Of a DNA stretch of 36,459 bases, positions 16,277-25,742 are shown one piece after another (within the stretch, counting starts at the first letter, position 1; every line of letters begins with the position of its first letter). The stretch comes from a virus (lineage: Duplodnaviria; Caudoviricetes). A program made the position numbers and the translations under genes. The notes under the pieces were generated by a model. The model searched no databases and was not told where the DNA came from. It saw only the letters and a list, made by a program, of their open reading frames with translations. The DNA lies in IMG/VR virus record IMGVR_UViG_3300007363_000050, positions 1-36,459 of that record; one strand, written 5' to 3'.

Positions 16277-16794
16277 CAGTCGCGCCCGACCGTGCCCGTG
16301 AGCGTGCCGAGAAAGCCAGCCTTGACGCGCACCGGCAGGCCCGCATCAAGCCGCGCATGGAGCCGCTGCACCTCGGCGCGCAACGCCGCCACGGCGTCCA
16401 GCACCTCAGCCACGCTCGGCCCTGCGGGCACCGTAGGCACGACCACCGGCGGCGCAGGCGGCGCGCTCCACGTGGCCGGGTCCACAGGGGCCACCCACGT
16501 GCGGTCGGCGCTCTGCGGCGGTCCCACGGGCGTCCACGTGGGCTGCGACTCGGCCCCCGCGGCCGTCAGGATGTCGACCAGTTCATTGCTGGGCGCATAG
16601 TGCAGGATGTCGTGGGCAATCTCCTGCCCATTCGGCAGACGGCCACGCGTGCCCGACACCTTGCGCGAGGTGCCCCAGCCTTCGCCCCGATGCCGCCACG
16701 CCACCGCGTTGCACAGCTCGGCGCACTGGTCATCTGTCATTCGTGCGCCATACTTGGCGCGTTCAGCTTTGACGCTCTCCAGTAGATTCTGCAT
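16276..16794 (-). CDS. Hypothetical lysis-region protein, 172 aa
   Basis: GGGAGG SD; globular N-terminal part, Pro-rich linker, short coiled coil. Confidence 0.7.
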   Translation of the reverse strand: MQNLLESVKAERAKYGARMTDDQCAELCNAVAWRHRGEGWGTSRKVSGTRGRLPNGQEIAHDILHYAPSNELVDILTAAGAESQPTWTPVGPPQSADRTWVAPVDPATWSAPPAPPVVVPTVPAGPSVAEVLDAVAALRAEVQRLHARLDAGLPVRVKAGFLGTLTGTVGRD

Positions 16795-16972
16795 GTCGTT
16801 CCTCCCAGCGGCCCAGCCGCGCGGTAATCTGCCCGTCGCGTGAGGCCGTGATGATGAGTGCCCCCGGCTGACGCTGTCCCGTGGCCTCAGAGGTCACTGG
16901 AATCATGATGCGGACGCGGTCGTCGTCCAGCGTGTCTCGTCGCACCGACGGGCCGGGGCGCGCATCCGTCAT
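16763..16972 (-). CDS. Hypothetical protein, 69 aa
   Basis: ATGA overlap with the lysozyme stop; GGAG SD. Confidence 0.5.
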   Translation of the reverse strand: MTDARPGPSVRRDTLDDDRVRIMIPVTSEATGQRQPGALIITASRDGQITARLGRWEERHAESTGERQS

Positions 16973-17412
16973 GGCTCCGCTCCGGTTCGCAGCATGTTGA
17001 CCATCCGGTTCCCACGAATTGGCCCGACCTGCACATACCAGCGCGAGTCTTTCAGCTCGTCCGCGGCGCGGGCGTAGTCCTTCGCGGCCAGTGCCGCCAG
17101 CATCTTGCGAAAGCCCAGCACACGCGGACGGCCCAGGTTGAAGCACAACTCCACGATGACACGCTGCCGCACCTCGTCGAGTGTCTCAAACCACGGGAAC
17201 GAGGTCGCATCGTGCAGGGCGTCGGCAATGTCGACGTCCAGCGCCTTGTTCGCCTGCGCCCGCGTCCATTTCATGTGCTGCACTTCGTGCGCCATGCGGC
17301 CGTGCAGCGCGTGGCCAAATCCAATCGTCCACACGCCGACGGTGTCCTGATACGGCCGCGAGCGGAACCCCTCGGCTTCGCGCAGGTGGCGCTTGAGTGT
17401 GGTCAGATTCAT
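16969..17412 (-). CDS. Endolysin, GH24 / T4-type lysozyme
   Basis: EGFRSRPYQDTVGVWTIGFGH (E-D-T triad), FNLG, DSRWYVQVG. Confidence 0.92.
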   Translation of the reverse strand: MNLTTLKRHLREAEGFRSRPYQDTVGVWTIGFGHALHGRMAHEVQHMKWTRAQANKALDVDIADALHDATSFPWFETLDEVRQRVIVELCFNLGRPRVLGFRKMLAALAAKDYARAADELKDSRWYVQVGPIRGNRMVNMLRTGAEP

Positions 17413-17612
17413 TTCCGGTCCTCTAAGACGCGGTCAATGCGGTCGCGCAGATAGCGGATATCAGCCAATATCTGACTCATTTTTGAGTCCTGGTCGGCTT
17501 CAATGCGGGCGACGTCCCGTTCGGTCGACAGGACCTTCCCTTCAATCCGCACGAGCCATGCAATGCCCATCACGATGGCCAGTGCGAGGGTGATGGTGGC
17601 TTCGTCAGACAT
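17409..17612 (-). CDS. Single-TM coiled-coil protein (holin/hemolysin-like)
   Basis: N-terminal TM helix then coiled coil; ATGA-coupled to the endolysin. Confidence 0.6.
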   Translation of the reverse strand: MSDEATITLALAIVMGIAWLVRIEGKVLSTERDVARIEADQDSKMSQILADIRYLRDRIDRVLEDRK

Positions 17613-17630
17613 GGCAGAGACTCTCGGGCA

Positions 17631-18464
17631 TTATGCCCCGAGACCCTCCAGCGCGGCGACGCGCGCCCTCAAATCTTGCACCTCCGCAATCAGGAGCGGC
17701 ACAAACGCGCTGACGTCCATTTGCTGATAGCGCGGGTTGCCGTTGCCATCCACCGCGTCTTTGGTGCCGGTCACGGCGTACGGGGCCACCGTGGCCGCCT
17801 CATGAGCAATCAGCATGGGCCGTTCCATCGTGGCCCCTTTCATCAACCCTCGGTAGACTTTCAGCGCATCAATGGCGCTGCCCGCATCGGTGACTGGCCC
17901 AAGAATGTCTTTGGCGCGGTAGTCCGAGGTGGTGTTGTAGGCCGTCAATACGCTGGCGCGATTGAACGTAATGGAGCCGCGCACACTAGGTGACGCCTCT
18001 GTCGCAAACGCCAGAAAGCTATTGTCGCCAGCCGTCGCGCCGTTCCACACTTCGCCAGTCGCGGTTGCCGCCGTCGTGCTGTAGAGCGTCGCGGCGGTGC
18101 CGCTGCCCCCAGAGACGTTCAGCCGTCGCGCGCTGCCCCCGGTCACCAGTTCCGTCGTGACGCCGATGCACACGTTACGCGACGAATTGACGCGCAGCGC
18201 CTCAGAGCCGCCGCAGCTCAAGCCCACCGTGTCTCCTGCTGGGAACCACAGGCCCGTATTGGTGTCGCCGGTCGGATAGAAGGACGGCGCGGCCGCAGTG
18301 CCTGCGACTATCGCCACTTTGCCACCAAACTCAAACGTGGCATACGACCCTGCCCCGCCGAACATCTGGTCGATTTTGTCGTAGACGCTGCTGCTAATCT
18401 GCGCGGCATTCCATGCCGTGGTGCCATCCGTAAATGTCGAGCGGGTAATGGTGGAAGCAGCCAT
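17631..18464 (-). CDS. Tail fibre/spike with C-terminal S74-type intramolecular chaperone
   Basis: GDTNTGLWFPAGD fibre module; YNTTSDYRAK cleavage-site motif; LIAHE; C-terminal coiled coil. Confidence 0.85.
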   Translation of the reverse strand: MAASTITRSTFTDGTTAWNAAQISSSVYDKIDQMFGGAGSYATFEFGGKVAIVAGTAAAPSFYPTGDTNTGLWFPAGDTVGLSCGGSEALRVNSSRNVCIGVTTELVTGGSARRLNVSGGSGTAATLYSTTAATATGEVWNGATAGDNSFLAFATEASPSVRGSITFNRASVLTAYNTTSDYRAKDILGPVTDAGSAIDALKVYRGLMKGATMERPMLIAHEAATVAPYAVTGTKDAVDGNGNPRYQQMDVSAFVPLLIAEVQDLRARVAALEGLGA

Positions 18465-18473
18465 GCAATATCC

Positions 18474-19910
18474 TTACGAGGTTTTAGTCTGGGCCAGCAC
18501 TTGGTCAAGCGTCTGCGTCCGCACCGACGGCGCGGCCTTCACCTGTCGGCTGATGTCGACGGTGGAATTAGCCACTGTGCCCTTGACGGAAATGGTCACA
18601 TCCTGCGCCACTGGCGCAGGGCTGGTGATGGACACGTTCGTAGGCGAGGTAATCGCCGTGTAGATGCGCGCCCCCGGATAGACTTGGCGTGCCACGTCGT
18701 GGCGAATATCATCCGCGACAAACGTAATCTCCTCATAGCCGCCAGAAATCTTGGAGGCCAATGCGGCCGCGCGTGGAGCCACCTCATTGCGCGCCAGGAC
18801 CGTATTGTCATCCAGCACAATACGCGCCGCGCGGACCACGGAATCATTGATGTCACGCAGCGTCAAACTCGCCGTTGCGTTCGTGGCACGACCAAACCAG
18901 CGCACCGCGGTGCCAGCAGGCCACGCCGTCGTAAGCGACGAAATCAATTCCAGATAGCCTTCCGTCGCCGCCAGATAGGTGCGCCCTGCGAAATACACCG
19001 ACGCGATCTCTGTGCCCACTTGGATGGCATTGTTCACGGCGATGCCACCGGGAAAGCCCGGAATCAATCCATCATTCGGCAGATAATCTGGCGCAATGAA
19101 CGACACCATATCTTGCAGGTAAATACGCGTGCTGTTGACATCCGTCGCCAGTGTCGTGCCTTTGCCTAGGACGCGCGCTTCGGTCGCCGTATTCGTGTAA
19201 TCACGGTAGACGTTGACATCGGCCACGTTGCGGCTGGTCGTCGTGATGGTGTTGACCTGCGAGAGGTGGTCCGCGTTCTGGAACACATGCACGTGCCGGT
19301 CTGGCGTCACGCTCAGATACGCGCTGGCCGTGTCGGCTACCCGCTGCAAGGCCTCAAGGAGCGTCGCGTTATCAAACGTCAACTGCGGCGCATCGCCCAG
19401 CCCCTGCGAGATATACCCAGGCACGAACACGCTGTTGTATTGATTCAGGAGCTGCCCGACCAGCGTATTGAAGCCCACGCTGCCATAGGTGCCCGTCACG
19501 CCGCCCGTCTGGTTGAGCTGCCACGTGAGGTCCTGCGCGGCGATCTCGCTCACCACCGTCTGCGACACATGCCGCAGCACGTCGCGCCGCTCCAGCATGT
19601 TGCCCTCAAACAGCACATCGCCAAAATCTGTCGGGCTGGTCGTGGTCGTCAGTGACGAGGGCGGCACCTGCGTCACGCGCACGAGGCCCGCATTCAGCAG
19701 CGCCGTGTCATTGAGCAGCGTGAAATTGAGCGTCGACGGCTCGCCCAGTTTCTGCGCGATTTGCCAGTCATTGGCGACATATGGCGTAATGTCCCGCCGA
19801 ACATACGTCGACCCGGCCACCGTGCTGCTGACCCAGAATTGCAGCCGCCGAGGATACACCCCCAGCGTCATGCTTCCCACGGTGCCAGAGCCGACAATGC
19901 CGTGGCTCAT
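18474..19910 (-). CDS. Tail tip / baseplate hub-like protein
   Basis: Follows the tape measure gene; beta-rich, 478 aa; call is mainly positional. Confidence 0.65.
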   Translation of the reverse strand: MSHGIVGSGTVGSMTLGVYPRRLQFWVSSTVAGSTYVRRDITPYVANDWQIAQKLGEPSTLNFTLLNDTALLNAGLVRVTQVPPSSLTTTTSPTDFGDVLFEGNMLERRDVLRHVSQTVVSEIAAQDLTWQLNQTGGVTGTYGSVGFNTLVGQLLNQYNSVFVPGYISQGLGDAPQLTFDNATLLEALQRVADTASAYLSVTPDRHVHVFQNADHLSQVNTITTTSRNVADVNVYRDYTNTATEARVLGKGTTLATDVNSTRIYLQDMVSFIAPDYLPNDGLIPGFPGGIAVNNAIQVGTEIASVYFAGRTYLAATEGYLELISSLTTAWPAGTAVRWFGRATNATASLTLRDINDSVVRAARIVLDDNTVLARNEVAPRAAALASKISGGYEEITFVADDIRHDVARQVYPGARIYTAITSPTNVSITSPAPVAQDVTISVKGTVANSTVDISRQVKAAPSVRTQTLDQVLAQTKTS

Positions 19911-22597
19911 GCGGCCCGTCCCACCCGGCGCAGATTCTTACTCAGTTCATCGCGCACGATATCGGCCAGCCCCGTCCGCGCCGTCGGGCTGTCGAGGTAG
20001 CCTGCCACGTTAATCACGACGTTGACCGCAGGGCCACCCCCACGCGGCGCACGGGCCTGCTCCGGCGTCAGCACGACCTCACCTGGGCGCAGCAGCGCCG
20101 GAATGATGTCACGGCTTGAGGGCGGGCGATAGTCGCGGCCTGCGACGCCGCCTTTATCGAATCCGTAGGCGGTGGTGTCGTAGTCAGAGAACCGCACCCG
20201 AATGTCCGTGGGCACACCGCTGATGGCGTCAGAGGCATTGCGCGCAAAGTCTTGCGCGGACCGCTCGGCCTTCTTAAAGGCACCATCCAGCCCGCCAGAC
20301 ATCTTCTCGACCAGTTCGGTAATCTTGGCAATCAGTTTGTCAATGGCCGTCTCGATGGGCGCGCCAAACTTGATGTTCCCCAGTTCGGTCAGCTTGCGCC
20401 CGTTCTCGTCGGTCAGCTTGCCCTGTGCCAGCATGGCATCCAGAATCGGCCGCAGGTTCTCCGGCACCGTCGACCCGGTCTTGATGGCATTGGCGAGGAA
20501 CTGATTGATTTCATCGGACATGCCCGCAATGACCGCGTTCACATCTGCGCCACCCTTGACCATCGTGTCAAACGACCCGATGATGTCAGCCGCCGTCTCG
20601 TTGATTTTGTTCTGATTGAATGCAGGCCCAAGCGCCGCCAGTTCGACGCCGTATTTCTTGGCAGCATCTTCCATCGCCTTGAACTGGCTTTTGCTGCCAG
20701 CGCCGAGGCCTTCCAACAGTTTGCGGTTTTCCTCGGTCAGTTGCCCCGACTCAATCAGTTTGTCAATCGCCAGTTGCAGCGATTCTGGCAGCACGACGCC
20801 GAGGGTATCGGCCTCTTTCAGCAGCGTGCCCATCTCGGTGTTCATTTTGGCGAGTTCTTCTTTGGCCTTCGCTGCCGCCTCTTCAGCCGCTTTCAATTGC
20901 GCGTTGAAGTCCTTAATCGCGGCTTCCATATCCTTGGCGTTCTTGATGGTAAACAGCTTGTCCATCGACACGCCTGCGGCATTGGCGCGTTCGCGCACGG
21001 CGTCAACGCCACCGCCAAGTTCAAAGAACTTGTTCCGCATGTCGGTGATGGCTTTCTGCTGGCTATTGCCAAACAGTTTCCCGAACAGCTTCCCCGCCAG
21101 TTCGCCGCCCAGCTGGCCCGCAATTGCGCCCATCGGCCCGCCGAGACTGCCTAGCGCCTTCCCGAGTGTCGGCCCAAGGCTTTTGCCAATGACCGCGCCA
21201 AACTGCTGCCCGAGGTCCGCGCCCAGCCCTTGCCCCAGCATCGAGCCAATCGTCTTGGTGACCGACCCGCCGCCCTGCACCGCGCCCACCACGGCAGGGC
21301 CGAGGTTCTGGAATGCCGTGGCCAACCCTTCGAACGAGGGCTTGAACCGCTCTGTGTCGCGCTGCACGGTTTGCGCGAACGTCGACCACGCCTTTGACCC
21401 TTGGCTGCTGAAATAGCTAATGCTGCCCTGAAACTTCAGCAGGGCCGCTGTGGCGTTGTCCACGGGCTGGCGGTCAAACTCGAAAATGTCGGTAATCTTC
21501 TTGCCGCCAGACGCATTGAGCCGCAGAATCTCCGCGTCAAGCCGTTGCACCCACTGGCTGGCGTATTCGATGCCCGTGCCCATCACAATGGACGCCTCGC
21601 GCGCTTTTTCCTGCGCGGCGGCAAGCCGCAAGATCTGCTTTTCTGAGGCCTCGGCGGCGCGCCGCTGGTCGTCGAGCGCTTTGCTGGCTTTGTTAAAGTC
21701 ATCGACCGCGACGCTGCCCAACCCGGGCGGTATCAGCTTGCCTGTGATATCGGCCACTTTGGGCAATTCGTTGGCCAGCGCCGCCATATCATCGCCCAGC
21801 CCCATCGTGAGTTGCCGCGCCAGCGTGAACGGCTCGACAATCATCCGATACGTTTCCACGCCGACGGCGACAATGGTGCCAATCAGCACCTTCCCCGCCT
21901 GCGTGACGTAGTTCATGGCGTCACCAGCCGCGTCGAGGTTGCCAATCACTTCCTGACTCATGACCAGGCTGACGTCTTCCGCGCCCTTAGCGACCTCTTC
22001 GAACATGGGAATCAGTTCCGCACCACTGCGGCCAAACAGCGCCACCGCCGCTTGCGCCTGCTCAGAGTCGCTGCCGATCTGCCCAATGGCCGAAGCCACG
22101 GCCCTGAACCGATCTTCTGGGCTGAGCGTCAAGAGTTCGCTGGTGCTGAGGCCCAAGTCGCGGACCGCGTCACTCGCTTTCTTGCCCCCGCCCTCCAGCG
22201 TCTTGTCAAGAAACGTGACGGCTCGCGCCATCGTTTCCATCGAACTGCCGGTCTGCTCGGCTACAAACCCCAGCGATTGCAGCGCATCCGTGCCGATACC
22301 CGTCCGCGCCGATAAGTCATTGACGGCTGAGCCAAACTCAATGGACCGGTCAATGGCTGCGCCAATGGCGGCATAGGACACGTATTGCATGACCGATTTG
22401 GTCAGCAGGTCCATGCTGCTGCCCGCGTCGGAGGTCTGCTTGCCCACCTGCGCGGTCTTGCTGCTGAGGGTGTCGGTTTTGTCCCCGGCTTCTTTCGCCG
22501 CGTCGCCCATCTCGCCCAGCGCGCGTTCGGCGTTTTTCAGTGCGTCGACCGCCTGAGCAATGTCCGCAGTGATTTTGATTTCCAGTTCGCGTGCCAT
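19907..22597 (-). CDS. Tape measure protein, 896 aa
   Basis: Long Ala/Gly-rich helical protein after the chaperone genes; LFGRSGAELIP; C-terminal GG...DIIPALLRPGEVVL. Confidence 0.92.
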   Translation of the reverse strand: MARELEIKITADIAQAVDALKNAERALGEMGDAAKEAGDKTDTLSSKTAQVGKQTSDAGSSMDLLTKSVMQYVSYAAIGAAIDRSIEFGSAVNDLSARTGIGTDALQSLGFVAEQTGSSMETMARAVTFLDKTLEGGGKKASDAVRDLGLSTSELLTLSPEDRFRAVASAIGQIGSDSEQAQAAVALFGRSGAELIPMFEEVAKGAEDVSLVMSQEVIGNLDAAGDAMNYVTQAGKVLIGTIVAVGVETYRMIVEPFTLARQLTMGLGDDMAALANELPKVADITGKLIPPGLGSVAVDDFNKASKALDDQRRAAEASEKQILRLAAAQEKAREASIVMGTGIEYASQWVQRLDAEILRLNASGGKKITDIFEFDRQPVDNATAALLKFQGSISYFSSQGSKAWSTFAQTVQRDTERFKPSFEGLATAFQNLGPAVVGAVQGGGSVTKTIGSMLGQGLGADLGQQFGAVIGKSLGPTLGKALGSLGGPMGAIAGQLGGELAGKLFGKLFGNSQQKAITDMRNKFFELGGGVDAVRERANAAGVSMDKLFTIKNAKDMEAAIKDFNAQLKAAEEAAAKAKEELAKMNTEMGTLLKEADTLGVVLPESLQLAIDKLIESGQLTEENRKLLEGLGAGSKSQFKAMEDAAKKYGVELAALGPAFNQNKINETAADIIGSFDTMVKGGADVNAVIAGMSDEINQFLANAIKTGSTVPENLRPILDAMLAQGKLTDENGRKLTELGNIKFGAPIETAIDKLIAKITELVEKMSGGLDGAFKKAERSAQDFARNASDAISGVPTDIRVRFSDYDTTAYGFDKGGVAGRDYRPPSSRDIIPALLRPGEVVLTPEQARAPRGGGPAVNVVINVAGYLDSPTARTGLADIVRDELSKNLRRVGRAA

Positions 22598-22947
22598 TAG
22601 CGCGGCGTCTCCTTCCGGGGCGGTGAGACTACATCGTAGATGATGCGGAGCCGCTCAGACATGTCGCGGAACTCGTCCGCACTCAGATGTTGGGTGAGTC
22701 GGTCCAGCACGACCGCGCCCGCCTGCAAGTCTTGCGTAAACCGGTTGCAGCACGAGCGATACAGCGCCCACGCCTCTCTGTTATCCTCGTCGAGCGCGTC
22801 GACCTGCTGTTGGAGCAAGCAGGCCGAACAGTCATACTGCTCGGCCTCCTGCTCCAGTAGTTCATCGGGCGCGACCTGGCAGCAGATAACCTGCCCGGTC
22901 ATGACCGAATCAGCCCAAAACTCAGCCCACCGGGTCAGTCCGGCGAA
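22597..22947 (-). CDS. Tail assembly chaperone C-terminal extension (gpT-like), probably reached by frameshift
   Basis: Open +1 frame overlapping the chaperone end, without a good SD/start; YDCSAC...NREAWALY. Confidence 0.65.
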   Translation of the reverse strand, partial: FAGLTRWAEFWADSVMTGQVICCQVAPDELLEQEAEQYDCSACLLQQQVDALDEDNREAWALYRSCCNRFTQDLQAGAVVLDRLTQHLSADEFRDMSERLRIIYDVVSPPRKETPR

Positions 22948-23335
22948 AGGAGTTCTCGCGCACGGCGTCGGCCTGCACAATCTGCGTGAGGCCTGCCCGC
23001 CCGACCAGCGCCGCCTTGACCACGCTGTCAAGACGCAGCTTGTTCTCAGTGGTGCAGGGCGCAGGTGCGCCGCCCCGCTCCACAATGCCGCTCCAGCCCA
23101 CCAGCACGTAGTCTACGAGGGCATCCGCAAACGCTTCCGCATCCGTCTCGGACTCCATCGCCTTGGTGGCCTTGTTGGGCACCCGCTTGGTGTGGGCCTT
23201 GTGAATGCGCCGCCACGTGTTGGTCGTCAGTTCGCGGAGTTCGTAGCGCACCTCAGGGTCGGCTTCACTGATATCGTCGAGGTCAGTCTCGGCCACCCAA
23301 AAGGTGAGGTCATCGGTCTGTAGCTGTCGCGGCAT
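22922..23335 (-). CDS. Tail assembly chaperone (gpG-like), 137 aa
   Basis: AAGGAG SD; between tail tube and tape measure; LVGWSGI...PCTTENK. Confidence 0.8.
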   Translation of the reverse strand: MPRQLQTDDLTFWVAETDLDDISEADPEVRYELRELTTNTWRRIHKAHTKRVPNKATKAMESETDAEAFADALVDYVLVGWSGIVERGGAPAPCTTENKLRLDSVVKAALVGRAGLTQIVQADAVRENSFRRTDPVG

Positions 23336-23364
23336 GCTCGGTGCGCTCCTTGAAAGTCCCGCCG

Positions 23365-24429
23365 CTAGAATGCGACGAGAGACTGCGTGGTAATACGAGT
23401 GATGCGGAACGGGTTGGTAAAGGCCATGCCGTTCGGAGAGGTCGCAGCCGACTTGGCCAGGAACGTCACCTGCGGCTTGACCTGATTCGCACCGCTTTCG
23501 GTGGCCACGAATCCGTCCGTGTCCAGTTCCAGCGCGGGCCACTCGATGCGCTCGGTGAACCGGTCGGTCGAGTTGATGTAGCTGCCGAGGAACTCCATAT
23601 CGGCCTTGAATACGGTGTCCGCACGCAGGGCCGCGTAGACGCTGTTGGCCGACACGGTGTTCATGCGCGGGAACGTGATGGTCAGTTTCGTCTCCGGGAA
23701 TCCGGCATCGGCCGGTTCGAAGATGAAATCCTGCCCGGTCACGTTCGGGGCATCCTGCGGCCGCGAGAACTCGAACGTGAAGCCTTCGAGGTTGACCGCG
23801 TTGGTCGCCGCCAGTGACCCCGCCGACTGCGGGTTGAGACGGAACGTGCCCTGCCGACGGAAGACGCGATTGTCCAGCGCCGGGTAGGTGGCCCCGTTGA
23901 CGGTGCTGCGCGTGTTGACCGAGGAAATGTCTGTCATCTGCGCGGCCATCAGGTTGAACGTCGTGTCCATGACGCCGGAATCGCCCACGGTCTTGCTCAT
24001 GCCGTAGACCTTGGCCGAGGTCATCTCGTCCACGAACGTCACCTTGTCATAGGCCATGGTGACGCCCAGCCCGTCAATCGACGGGGCAAGGTCAATCACG
24101 TGCCGCCACGAGGTCGTCTGCGTGGTGGCCGAGGTGCTGATGGTCACGGCGGCGGGTGACCCCATCGCCAGTGCCTCATAGACATACTGATAATCCGCGT
24201 AGCGGTCCTGCTTCGTCAGCGTGATGTCCTGCGCCTGCGTGTCGCCAAAGTCGCCACGGCCCAGAAACGTCTGGCCCAGCGCCTCATCATTGACACGCAG
24301 CCGCGAGAGCTTCGCGCCGCCGTCCGAGGTGAAGTGAATGCCGCGCGTGACCGAGGCCGCGACGCCCCATGAGTTGGTCGCAAACTTCGCAAACGCGGCT
24401 TTAATTTCTCTGCCGGTCAATCCTGCCAT
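23365..24429 (-). CDS. Major tail tube protein
   Basis: Position, size (354 aa), AGGAG SD, beta-rich composition, strong codon bias. Confidence 0.8.
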   Translation of the reverse strand: MAGLTGREIKAAFAKFATNSWGVAASVTRGIHFTSDGGAKLSRLRVNDEALGQTFLGRGDFGDTQAQDITLTKQDRYADYQYVYEALAMGSPAAVTISTSATTQTTSWRHVIDLAPSIDGLGVTMAYDKVTFVDEMTSAKVYGMSKTVGDSGVMDTTFNLMAAQMTDISSVNTRSTVNGATYPALDNRVFRRQGTFRLNPQSAGSLAATNAVNLEGFTFEFSRPQDAPNVTGQDFIFEPADAGFPETKLTITFPRMNTVSANSVYAALRADTVFKADMEFLGSYINSTDRFTERIEWPALELDTDGFVATESGANQVKPQVTFLAKSAATSPNGMAFTNPFRITRITTQSLVAF

Positions 24430-24441
24430 GTGTGGACTCTC

Positions 24442-24870
24442 CTACACTTGAGCTTCGTAGTTGAGCGGCATCGTCAAGCGCAGCGTGAGATACGACGCGC
24501 CGATCGGTGCCGCCACTTCCCAGGCTCGACCAGTATCCGGAACGGTGTATTCACCCGAGGTGACGTGCCCGTCCTGAATAATCGCTGCGGTCAAGCTGGA
24601 ACAATCTCTGACCAAGGTCGCATGCGTCGCCACGTAGTCCGCGGCAATCTGCCGCGCCACTTCGATGTCCAGCGTATCGACCCGGTCTTCGGAATACCCA
24701 AACCCTCCAAGACTGTTCCCGCCCCGAATCTTGCACCGGAACACGGCGTCGCTGCTGCCGGTTCCCTGCAAGGCGAAGTCCTCGCTGCTGACAGCCTCGC
24801 GCCAGTAGAACGGCGCATCGACCATCAAGGATCGCACTCGGTTCAGAAGCACATCTGGAGTCGTTGCCAT
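24442..24870 (-). CDS. Tail terminator / completion protein
   Basis: Immediately upstream of the tail tube; 142 aa; TAATG coupling. Confidence 0.6.
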   Translation of the reverse strand: MATTPDVLLNRVRSLMVDAPFYWREAVSSEDFALQGTGSSDAVFRCKIRGGNSLGGFGYSEDRVDTLDIEVARQIAADYVATHATLVRDCSSLTAAIIQDGHVTSGEYTVPDTGRAWEVAAPIGASYLTLRLTMPLNYEAQV

Positions 24871-25742
24871 TAGGCCCTCGTCCACTGAAAGGACGCGCCG
24901 CCGCCGGTCACATCGTCAGCGGTCTGCGTTATTTCCGTGGTATCCACTTGGTCATCCACCGTCACGGTGTCAAAGTCGCGTGCGACCAGTGCCAACGCGC
25001 CCTGCATGGCCTCTTCGGCCTCGCGGAAGTAGGCGTCGGCCTTCTCCTGCCACGGCCCGCCCTGCATCGTCTGCGCCTCGCGGAAGATGAGGCCCAGCGT
25101 GCGGAGCGTCACCGGCCCCGTCAGCGCCGTGCCGCGGATGCAGCCAATCTGCCCGCAATACGCGCCCGTGGGCGTCGCGCTGACCTTGAGCCGTGCCCAG
25201 TAGAGCGGCGCGGACCCGTTGACCGCGCGCGTCACCCAGTCTTGCGGCATCTCCCAGCGCACATCCCCGCCGCGGGAGAACGGTTTGACGTTCAGGAACT
25301 GCGTCTCGTTCAGCGTGCCCACGCTCGTCCACGCATCCGACCACACCTGCACGGTCAGCGTGCCCGCCGCCGTCGCCACGCGGTCGAGCATGCGAATGGA
25401 CAGCCCGCGGAACTGCTCCTGCGAGCCGATGTAGAGGAAGTCGCTTGACGGCGCAGCAAAGACGGTGCCCAGCGGCAGGCCGTCGACGCCCACGGTCGTG
25501 GCGGCGCTGGTGTAGTCCACGTAGTTGCCACCCGTATAGCCCCACACCTGCGCTGGCGCACGCCGTGTCCGCAGGCGCTCAGGCACGTAGCCCGCCTTGG
25601 CCAGCGTCGGAAACGCCCAATCCTCCAGCGCCTTCCGGCGCTTGGCCTGCCAATCCGTCTTGCCGAACTGCGTCAGAATGCTCTGCTCGTAGTCCTGCAA
25701 ATCGGAGTCGAACACCACATCATTGGGAAACCAGACGCTCAT
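24870..25742 (-). CDS. Head-tail adaptor-like protein with inserted beta domain
   Basis: Helical C-terminus (WQEKADAYFREAE) like neck proteins; central DFLYIG...W.MP.DW...YWAR domain. Confidence 0.55.
   Translation of the reverse strand: MSVWFPNDVVFDSDLQDYEQSILTQFGKTDWQAKRRKALEDWAFPTLAKAGYVPERLRTRRAPAQVWGYTGGNYVDYTSAATTVGVDGLPLGTVFAAPSSDFLYIGSQEQFRGLSIRMLDRVATAAGTLTVQVWSDAWTSVGTLNETQFLNVKPFSRGGDVRWEMPQDWVTRAVNGSAPLYWARLKVSATPTGAYCGQIGCIRGTALTGPVTLRTLGLIFREAQTMQGGPWQEKADAYFREAEEAMQGALALVARDFDTVTVDDQVDTTEITQTADDVTGGGASFQWTRA

Noticed and set aside
22922-23000. Canonical -1 slippery heptamer for the tail chaperone
   Set aside because: The downstream ORF is in the +1 frame and no XXXYYYZ site is evident
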